Source of the DNA: Pseudobdellovibrionaceae bacterium
Lineage (GTDB): Bacteria > Bdellovibrionota > Bdellovibrionia > Bdellovibrionales > UBA1609
Length of the DNA: 33,954 bases
Reading direction: 5' to 3'
NCBI GenBank assembly: GCA_030591685.1
Contig: JAUVAX010000027.1
Location: forward strand, 1 to 33,954
Below the pieces are notes generated by a model. It worked only from the letters and a program-made list of their open reading frames with translations. It had not been told where the DNA came from and ran no database searches. Positions within the stretch are counted from its first letter, which is position 1. Each line of letters begins with the position of its first letter. Shown in pieces: positions 19,814-27,122 of this stretch. The position numbers and the translations under genes were made by a program.

Positions 19814-20917
19814 TTAATGAGATAGTTTTTTTAATAACTCTTTTGATAATGGTATTGAGTCAAAACTGCACTGATCCACTAATAACTCACCGTCTTTTAC
19901 AACCGACCATCTCCAAAGAGGAGAGTCAAAGGTCAGGTTTTGGTACATCCCGATTTTTACCTGTATTTGATCCCCTTGCTTTAAAGACAAGGTTTTATCA
20001 AAAGGTAAAAATATCTCCTGCCACAAATCATGATCTAATTCTAAAGGTGGTTTTGTGGATAAAAAGTTCTCTTTATCGTGTAAAAAACTATACCAACCCA
20101 TAAAACCTGTCATTACTGAGCTTCTGTTAATAGTAAAATTCATTTGCCACTCAAGATGATCCGACACTTTATCGGTTAAACATATCGGCTCACACGTATG
20201 ACCTTCAGCCATAGACTCTTTACCTGTAAACACAGAGTAAAGGGGGTGGTTAGCGGCCATTTCTCTAAGAGCACTAAAATCAAAACCAAATTTACTCGAT
20301 GACCAAAAATTAACCGTGTCCTCATAAAATGTTTTTACATCTACGGGAGTAAAATTTAACTGCAATTGATCCGGTATCACGCTCCCGCCGGGTTTTAAAA
20401 ATCTCATGGCAGCATCAGGCAAGCTCTCTATTGTTCCTAAAAACCCAATGTTTGTAACAATCACATCGACCTTTTCTGGCAATTCAACCTCTAAAGAGTC
20501 TCCGTATATAAATTCTATTTTTTCACTCATACCATTGTCTATGGCTACTTTTTTGGCCAGTTCAATAATTGGCTTAGCTTCAATGGCATACACCTTACTC
20601 GCCCCTAAGCGTACCGCATACATGGCATGAAGACCTGAGCCCGAGCCCAAATCTAAAACAACATCCCCTGGCTTAATGGCTCTTTGCATTTGAGTTAAAA
20701 AACTCTCCTGACAAAGGCGATCGCCCAATAAAACTCTATGTTCTTCAATTTCAGGGGCCGAAGTAATGCACATTTTTTTACTCGCCGGAAAGGCCCCACC
20801 ATCAGTTTTAGATCCCATACTAAAGGTCCGAGTAAATTCTTTAACTGATCCAAATTTAGTTAATTTTGGCTGAGCATAAGTTTTTTTAGTCTCTTTTTGC
20901 TTATCTTCAGAACTCAT
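19814..20917 (-). CDS. Lasso-peptide precursor fused to a PRMT-fold SAM-dependent methyltransferase
   Basis: Residues 14-29 YAQPKLTKFGSVKEFT match the lasso leader motif YxxPxLxxxGxxxxxT; core-like TFSMGSKTDGGAFP follows. From about residue 57: VLDLGSGSG, KVYAIE, ELPEKVDVIVT, FLKPGGSVIP, W..FGFDFS and a beta-barrel region. AGGGGA RBS before ATG 20917. Confidence 0.85.
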   Translation of the reverse strand: MSSEDKQKETKKTYAQPKLTKFGSVKEFTRTFSMGSKTDGGAFPASKKMCITSAPEIEEHRVLLGDRLCQESFLTQMQRAIKPGDVVLDLGSGSGLHAMYAVRLGASKVYAIEAKPIIELAKKVAIDNGMSEKIEFIYGDSLEVELPEKVDVIVTNIGFLGTIESLPDAAMRFLKPGGSVIPDQLQLNFTPVDVKTFYEDTVNFWSSSKFGFDFSALREMAANHPLYSVFTGKESMAEGHTCEPICLTDKVSDHLEWQMNFTINRSSVMTGFMGWYSFLHDKENFLSTKPPLELDHDLWQEIFLPFDKTLSLKQGDQIQVKIGMYQNLTFDSPLWRWSVVKDGELLVDQCSFDSIPLSKELLKKLSH

Positions 20918-20934
20918 GTGCTATCCCCTTAATA

Positions 20935-22500
20935 TTACCTATTGATGATTTTTTCTGCGTAATAGAGTTTCAAAATTTGATCAATGTTTGTATTATTACC
21001 CAAATCCTTAAATAATTCATTAACACGTTGTTCATCGATGACGTTTCGCATTACAAAATGTCCCCTCATCAGTTTTACTTTTAACTCATCCCTCTTCATA
21101 GATATTTGCTCAGATCTAATTATAGAGTAGTCCTGCTGGCTACGATGCTCAATTATTGAGCTCGGCAATAGGGTCTTTGACGCCTCTCTTAATATACATT
21201 TATCTCTCCCTCTCCATGTAAACGACTCAACATTTAAACCCATACACCAATTAATAATATCCATATCCAACAAGGGGTAGCTCATAAGTTGACCATAACT
21301 CAAAGCCTGCTGCTGCTCCATAGCCATTGCAAACTGATAAAATCCTGAACTAAAAAACCGATTAAAAATTGTTTTTTGAACTGCATTTTTGTTAAATCTC
21401 TTTTGTAAACCTTTAAAGTTTTTAGAGCTCCCATTATTTTTTATATCCTTAATAAACTGTGGCACCACGCCCTTTGCTAAAAGAGTTATCAAATCAAAAG
21501 TCTTTAAATTTCTATTCTCTTTTTCAAAAAAAATATCTTTTACACGTCCCTGCTTTAACAAATCACTCAAAACATAATTGTCCATTGAAAATAAATCATC
21601 TCCCCCCAGTCCTGTTATAATGTACTTAATCCCATCAGTAGCGGCGCTTTCTAATAGCGGAGCAAAAAGGGTCAACGTGGGATCATAAAAAACACTTGAA
21701 TGAGGCTCTCTACTGATTTCAGCCCTAAGATCATCATATTCAAATACCTGATTATTGAGTTTACAAAAATCAATAACTTGTTTTAAGGCCCAATACTCAT
21801 CGGCCTCACTGTGCCCTGAAAACCTCAATGAATATGTCTTTAAAACTTTAGCTTCTCTTTGTATTAAAGAGGCTAGAAGGCTCGAATCAAAGCCACCACT
21901 TAACAGTAAACCAACATCAAAACCTTTGGCTCTGCGTAATATGGATTTTTGTAACAAACCTTGAAGCTCATTAGTCAATTCAGCTAACGACTTACCCCTA
22001 TGACATACCGGTGACAACCTGAGCGTCTCAATGAAGCCTTCACCACCTTCACTCACTCGAACAATTGTACCAGGAGGAGCTTTTTTAATGCCTTTATAGG
22101 GCGTTTTAGAAAGGCCAGAGAAGTCCTCATTGTATATTGAGAGTAAGTATTCAAAATCGTAATTTTCACCCTCTAAGAGCTCCTGCAAGTGACTACTTAC
22201 AATAACTCTATCTTTAAATACTTTATAAAAAAGTGGTACAACCCCAAGCGTGTCAGTAGATAAAAGTGTCTCATTTTTTAAGGGCAAACTTAATGCTAGA
22301 GCAAATTCACCTTTAAATTGTTGTACTATTTTCTCACCCTGAGCTTCACAAAGCAACAATACGTCACCTTCAGGGCTTCCTGTGGGCTGTAAATCAAAAA
22401 AACTTATGAGCTCAGAAAGGTTAAATATACGACCGGTGAGATGCACCAGACTAGAGCTAGCAAAGGGGCATTCAATCATGTCGCTAGCACTCATACTCAA
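20935..22500 (-). CDS. Lasso peptide cyclase (protein C; asparagine-synthetase-like)
   Basis: LSGGFDSS PP-loop, TGLGGDDLF, YPLLD and DKCILRE. The glutaminase domain is truncated and lacks the N-terminal catalytic Cys. Overlaps B2. Confidence 0.85.
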   Translation of the reverse strand: MSMSASDMIECPFASSSLVHLTGRIFNLSELISFFDLQPTGSPEGDVLLLCEAQGEKIVQQFKGEFALALSLPLKNETLLSTDTLGVVPLFYKVFKDRVIVSSHLQELLEGENYDFEYLLSIYNEDFSGLSKTPYKGIKKAPPGTIVRVSEGGEGFIETLRLSPVCHRGKSLAELTNELQGLLQKSILRRAKGFDVGLLLSGGFDSSLLASLIQREAKVLKTYSLRFSGHSEADEYWALKQVIDFCKLNNQVFEYDDLRAEISREPHSSVFYDPTLTLFAPLLESAATDGIKYIITGLGGDDLFSMDNYVLSDLLKQGRVKDIFFEKENRNLKTFDLITLLAKGVVPQFIKDIKNNGSSKNFKGLQKRFNKNAVQKTIFNRFFSSGFYQFAMAMEQQQALSYGQLMSYPLLDMDIINWCMGLNVESFTWRGRDKCILREASKTLLPSSIIEHRSQQDYSIIRSEQISMKRDELKVKLMRGHFVMRNVIDEQRVNELFKDLGNNTNIDQILKLYYAEKIINR

Positions 22501-22855
22501 AAAGAGTTTTATATTTTACGGATTCATCCATGTTATAAATTTTATTATTCAAAAACACCCACGCGTGAGCCCTAAAGAAGGGTTTGGGTTGTACTCCTAA
22601 GCAAAGCCTTGATCGACCCTTAATACCGCAAAAAATAACTAAACTTGAAACTAAACAGGCGCTTTGAAACCGTCTTGATATTTGTTGCGAGGTCTTTATG
22701 AAGAACTCTACATTTTCAGGGGATAACTTTATTGAAATAATTTTTTTAAGATTTTTTGAAAAAGAAAATAGCCGTTTAGGGCTATAAATATATAAAAGAA
22801 AAATAAAAGTAAAACTCAGAGCAGCAACATGGATTAAAATAAGCCCCTTCTTCAC
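22484..22855 (-). CDS. Lasso peptide leader peptidase B2 (transglutaminase-like)
   Basis: ACLVSS catalytic Cys, LGV and AHAWV catalytic His; lies between the RRE and cyclase genes. Confidence 0.85.
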   Translation of the reverse strand: MKKGLILIHVAALSFTFIFLLYIYSPKRLFSFSKNLKKIISIKLSPENVEFFIKTSQQISRRFQSACLVSSLVIFCGIKGRSRLCLGVQPKPFFRAHAWVFLNNKIYNMDESVKYKTLFEYEC

Positions 22856-23115
22856 TGAAGAAGTTCGTTATTTTTTAATTCCTCAATGAGGCGCTTTAAA
22901 TGAGCCTCAGCAGTCGTTGCTTCAACATCATAATTATCGCAAATAGTGTTAATAATTGTGAGTTGATCTGTATTAGACTCTATTAAAGTCCAAATATCAG
23001 TACCTACTGGGTCTAAACCAAAGTAAAAACCAGTTTTAAGGTTCAGTAAAATTTGCTCACCCTGAACCGTTTTTGACACGACATCTTTATTGATTTTTAA
23101 CTCAGTGATTTCCAT
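22852..23115 (-). CDS. Lasso peptide B1 / PqqD-family RiPP recognition element
   Basis: 87 aa: GEQILLNLKTGFYFGLDPVGTDIWTLI...YDVEATTAEAHLKRLIEELKNNELL is a classic RRE pattern. Confidence 0.92.
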   Translation of the reverse strand: MEITELKINKDVVSKTVQGEQILLNLKTGFYFGLDPVGTDIWTLIESNTDQLTIINTICDNYDVEATTAEAHLKRLIEELKNNELLQ

Positions 23116-23155
23116 AAAATCATCTAACTATACAAAAAGTTTCATGGCAACAGGA

Positions 23156-24070
23156 TTACTTGATGCTGCGTGCAATGCGCTCCAAAGACTCCTGATTTTT
23201 TAAATAGCTCAATTTACACACAGGGACCTTAAGCAGAAAATCTGTAAGTTGGCTCAACTCATTTGCCGCCTTTTGACCTGAAACATCGATTCTATAAATA
23301 TTATCCAATATTTGTGGCCAAATAGATTGAGTCTCTTGGCTCATATTACTCGGATGACCGCATAAAGGTGGTCTTGAGTCTAATAAAAATACTTGCTTAA
23401 TTTTACTAGAGCTTAAAGCAAACATTTCTCCCACACTCAGCCTGACTTTCCCACAATGAGTGTTGGTGATTTTTTTTAAGTGACTCGTCACTTCACCATT
23501 ATCATTGAGTCGAATTTCTGAAAAACTTGACTGTGCCTCGTAGCCATCCAGTGAAGGACGCACCCAGACCGCATCATCCGAAATCAACATAAAGCCTTGA
23601 GTTACTAAGTAATGGGCAATTGTAGATTTACCACTACCAGAGGGGGCCACAAACACATAGGCCCTCCCCTTTTTATCGCACACAGCACTTGCGTGCAACA
23701 CAAGCTCTCCACTGAGCTGAAGCCATAACGGAATGACCTGGTTCATTAATAGACTCTCAACAGAAGCCAAAGGTGCATTCATATTTGAAATGATAATTTC
23801 TTTAAGATTCTTGTTTAAATAAAAATCGGCAATGTTTGGAATATGACAAATAAAAAAATCATTAGCCTCGCCGTACTCACACCACAATTGGTTGTCCTCT
23901 TCTATGTGATGGTACCAATTTATTTTTTCTGCAGTGAACTGTGAGTTTATGGAGATTTTTATATCAACATCTCCATCAAAGGCCGATTCAGAAGCATGTG
24001 GGAGCAAAAAATGAGACTCAATATTTAGACCAAAAGGCTTATAGAAAAATTTATTCACCTTTAAATCCAT
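23156..24070 (-). CDS. HPr-kinase-like peptide kinase (PadeK-type lasso kinase)
   Basis: LHASAV, Walker A APSGSGKST and LISDD. ATG 24070 overlaps the upstream amidotransferase (ORF track starts at 24091). Confidence 0.85.
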   Translation of the reverse strand: MDLKVNKFFYKPFGLNIESHFLLPHASESAFDGDVDIKISINSQFTAEKINWYHHIEEDNQLWCEYGEANDFFICHIPNIADFYLNKNLKEIIISNMNAPLASVESLLMNQVIPLWLQLSGELVLHASAVCDKKGRAYVFVAPSGSGKSTIAHYLVTQGFMLISDDAVWVRPSLDGYEAQSSFSEIRLNDNGEVTSHLKKITNTHCGKVRLSVGEMFALSSSKIKQVFLLDSRPPLCGHPSNMSQETQSIWPQILDNIYRIDVSGQKAANELSQLTDFLLKVPVCKLSYLKNQESLERIARSIK

Positions 24071-25997
24071 ATTTTCTGCGCCAACTCTCAAAGATTAAAA
24101 CATCCCATAATTTATACTGATAATTTGCCTTTTGAGATGAATGATCCAACCACTTGGAGCGAATAAGGTTCACATTAAATAGCCCTGAATCAGACAACGA
24201 GCTCTCGCTTAATAAATCCTCAGCCCAATCTCTGAGGTCACCTCTGAGCCAATCTTCGATAGGTACTCCAAAACCCTTTTTAGGGCGATCAATTAATTTT
24301 TGAGGCACATACTTGTTGAGTACTTGCCTTAAAAGCCATTTAGATTCGTTATCTCGTATTTTATACTTTTCCTCTAAGGGCCAAACGTGCTCAATGAGTC
24401 GACGGTCAAGCAAAGGGGCTCTTGATTCTAAGCTAGAGTACATGCTCGCTCGGTCCACTTTTACCATTATATCGTCTGGTAGATAGGTCATAGAGTCTAA
24501 ATACATCATTTCTTGAGTGAAACTCACGAATGAATGCCTCTGACTATCAAAGAGGGTTTTATTTAAAACGTCATCTACGCCAAGGACTACGCTCTCATTG
24601 TACCAATGACTTATTAAAGTTTCATACATTTCAAGAGGCTTATTTAGTTTTAAAAATTTTTCGATTTTATAAAGTTTCTGACCAAAATCATGTACTTGAT
24701 AAGCCTTCGGGAGCGTCCACTTAAAAGTTTGATACAAAGTGTCCCAAGTGTTTTCAGAAAATAGTTTAATTATAGTTGCGCCAAGGCCCCGACCTATCCC
24801 GGGCACAGAGCGCAACTGTCCCCATAGTTTATCAACCCAAAGGTATCGATTATAACCACCAAAAAGCTCATCCCCGCCATCACCTGATAAACTCACAGTC
24901 ACATGCTCTGAGGTCATTTGACTTAACAGTACTGTTGGGATCTGAGAGGAGTCCGAAAAGGGCTCATCATAAATTTCTGGTAAACGATCAACTATACCAA
25001 GGATTTGACTCGGGCTCACTATAAGCTCAGTATGGTCAGTCCCTAAATGTTCAGCGACGGCCCTTGCGTAATTAGACTCATCATATTGCTTTTGTTCAAA
25101 TCCAATTGTGAAGGTTTTTACTTTATCAGGGGAAACCTTTTTCATAATAGCAACAATTAAAGATGAATCTATGCCCCCTGATAAAAAGGCTCCTAAGGGG
25201 ACATCCGACACCATTTGGCTCTCAATAACTTCAGTGAGTTTATCCTCAAAGCCGTCAACTATCTGGCTATCCGAAAGATCACTTTCTATAGGGTGCAAAC
25301 TATCGCTAAGGCTCCAATAAGGCATTGGCACCATCTCAGTATTTGGAGAAGATAAGTCCACCTCTAAATATGTACCCGCTTGTAGCTTAAAAATATTTTT
25401 AAAAATACTTCTTGGGCCAGGGACATAATTATGCCGCAAAAACAGGCGCAAAGACTCTCTGTCAATTAAAGGGCTAAAATTTTTAATTGTAAAAAAAGCT
25501 TTAAGCTCTGACGCAAATAAAAACTCCCCATCAACCCAGCCATAATAAAGCGGCTTTTCTCCCATAGCGTCCCTTGAGAGAAACAAAGAGTTTAGCTCCG
25601 AATCCCATAGAGCAAAAGCAAACATACCCGTAATTTTAGTTAATGCCACTTTTAAACCATGAGCTTCAATGAGAGCTAATAAAACCTCCGTGTCAGAGTC
25701 ACCAGAAAAAGTATGACCTGACTTTAATACCTCTACTTTTAAAGCCCTATAATTATATATCTCCCCATTGTATACCAGCGTATAGCGCTTCGATTTAGAC
25801 TTCATTGGTTGAGCGGCATGGGTGCTTAGATCAATAATCGAGAGCCTATTATGAACAAAAGTTAGCCCAGTTTTATTGCTCCATATTCCCTGATCATTAG
25901 GGCCACGATGATTAAGTGCCTTTAAAAAGCACTGAGCGCGCCCTTCGCGGTCCTCGTCTGATAAATAATTGCTAAAAAAACCTGAGATCGCACACAT
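24051..25997 (-). CDS. Glutamine-hydrolysing asparagine-synthase-like amidotransferase (WbpS/AsnB type, likely sugar amidation)
   Basis: N-terminal MC Ntn nucleophile, HRGPND, NGEIYN, FLSGGIDSS, SGDGGDELF and KVDRASM; polysaccharide context. Confidence 0.9.
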   Translation of the reverse strand: MCAISGFFSNYLSDEDREGRAQCFLKALNHRGPNDQGIWSNKTGLTFVHNRLSIIDLSTHAAQPMKSKSKRYTLVYNGEIYNYRALKVEVLKSGHTFSGDSDTEVLLALIEAHGLKVALTKITGMFAFALWDSELNSLFLSRDAMGEKPLYYGWVDGEFLFASELKAFFTIKNFSPLIDRESLRLFLRHNYVPGPRSIFKNIFKLQAGTYLEVDLSSPNTEMVPMPYWSLSDSLHPIESDLSDSQIVDGFEDKLTEVIESQMVSDVPLGAFLSGGIDSSLIVAIMKKVSPDKVKTFTIGFEQKQYDESNYARAVAEHLGTDHTELIVSPSQILGIVDRLPEIYDEPFSDSSQIPTVLLSQMTSEHVTVSLSGDGGDELFGGYNRYLWVDKLWGQLRSVPGIGRGLGATIIKLFSENTWDTLYQTFKWTLPKAYQVHDFGQKLYKIEKFLKLNKPLEMYETLISHWYNESVVLGVDDVLNKTLFDSQRHSFVSFTQEMMYLDSMTYLPDDIMVKVDRASMYSSLESRAPLLDRRLIEHVWPLEEKYKIRDNESKWLLRQVLNKYVPQKLIDRPKKGFGVPIEDWLRGDLRDWAEDLLSESSLSDSGLFNVNLIRSKWLDHSSQKANYQYKLWDVLIFESWRRKYGFKGE

Positions 25998-26000
25998 AAT

Positions 26001-27110
26001 TTATTTTCTCAACTCTTTGTAAAGGTTCAAGTAGTTTTCACACATTTGTTCTACTGAAAACTTTTCTTTAATCCTGGATGAGGCTAAACTCCCATATTCT
26101 TTGATTTCACCAGGCGATATTACTAACGCTTTGCTTATTTCAATGACCATGGCATCACTTGACTCTGGGGGGATCACCGCCCCACAGTTGCCAATTATTT
26201 CAGAAGAAGACCCCACATCTGTTACAATACAGTACTTACCCATTAACATGGCCTCAGCAATAACATTAGAAAACCCCTCAGCACGAGAGGCTGATATGAA
26301 TATATCTGATTGTTCTAAATATGAAAACACATCACTCACCTCACCCAAAAAATGAAAATACTTTTTATACTCATCAGAAATCATGGGCTCAAGAGTCTCT
26401 ACATTACGGCCTACAAACACATAGTGAGATAGCCCCCCACGCTGTAAAAGCGTTAGTGCCGCTTTAATAAGTAGGTCTTGCCCCTTATCTCTATGCAGGC
26501 GCCCAATGTTAATAATTATAGGCAGATGAGAAGGGTTACTGATTATTTCACTCAATGGCGTCTCAGATTTTTCATTTAGGCTTGGGAGCTCTAACCCATT
26601 GGGTATATAAGCAAACTCACCCTTAAACCCCAGCTTTTTATGCTGTAATAGGGCTACTTTAGAGTTACAAACTGTCGATTTGGAAAATCGACTCAAAAAC
26701 ACACTTAAGTAAATAATAAGTTTAGTCGTCCACTTTTCGTATTTTAATGTTGTTAACGATTGTCTTATGTTCCAAACGATTACTGAGTTTTGAAAACAAA
26801 TGAACTTAATAATCAAAGCCAAAAGGTTACCATGGTACATCCAGCCCTGTATGACAAGGGGTGTTTTAAGAGCTATTTTACGTAAACTTAAAAGACTTTT
26901 TATAAATTTAAGGGGGTTTAAAGGTATTTGCATTGTTTGAATACCGGCTTGTTTAAATTTAGCCACCATACTCCCGTGAACAACGAATAAGACTAAAGGC
27001 ATATGACCTTGAGAGAGCATTTCTTGAGTGAGTCGAAGTAGTGCCGTTTCAGCCCCCCCACACTGCAGGCCTGTAATAATGTGTATAGAATCTACCTTTA
27101 ATTGGTCCAC
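26001..27110 (-). CDS. Glycosyltransferase family 4
   Basis: GGAE, QGWMYH, IGRLHRDKG, EGFSNVIAEAM and TDVG. Confidence 0.9.
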   Translation of the reverse strand: MDQLKVDSIHIITGLQCGGAETALLRLTQEMLSQGHMPLVLFVVHGSMVAKFKQAGIQTMQIPLNPLKFIKSLLSLRKIALKTPLVIQGWMYHGNLLALIIKFICFQNSVIVWNIRQSLTTLKYEKWTTKLIIYLSVFLSRFSKSTVCNSKVALLQHKKLGFKGEFAYIPNGLELPSLNEKSETPLSEIISNPSHLPIIINIGRLHRDKGQDLLIKAALTLLQRGGLSHYVFVGRNVETLEPMISDEYKKYFHFLGEVSDVFSYLEQSDIFISASRAEGFSNVIAEAMLMGKYCIVTDVGSSSEIIGNCGAVIPPESSDAMVIEISKALVISPGEIKEYGSLASSRIKEKFSVEQMCENYLNLYKELRK

Positions 27111-27122
27111 CTTAAGCCCCCC

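Noticed and set aside
19814..20773. Ribosomal L11 methyltransferase PrmA or lasso-associated PIMT (aspartimide) methyltransferase
   Set aside because: The long PRMT-like C-terminal barrel and arm motifs do not fit either family.
22852..23115. PQQ biosynthesis gene pqqD
   Set aside because: No pqqA/B/C/E or radical SAM gene is present; the neighbours are B2 and a lasso cyclase.
24051..25997. 648-aa AsnB as the lasso cyclase
   Set aside because: It keeps the Ntn catalytic Cys and full glutaminase domain. The Cys-less paralogue adjacent to B2 fits the cyclase role.
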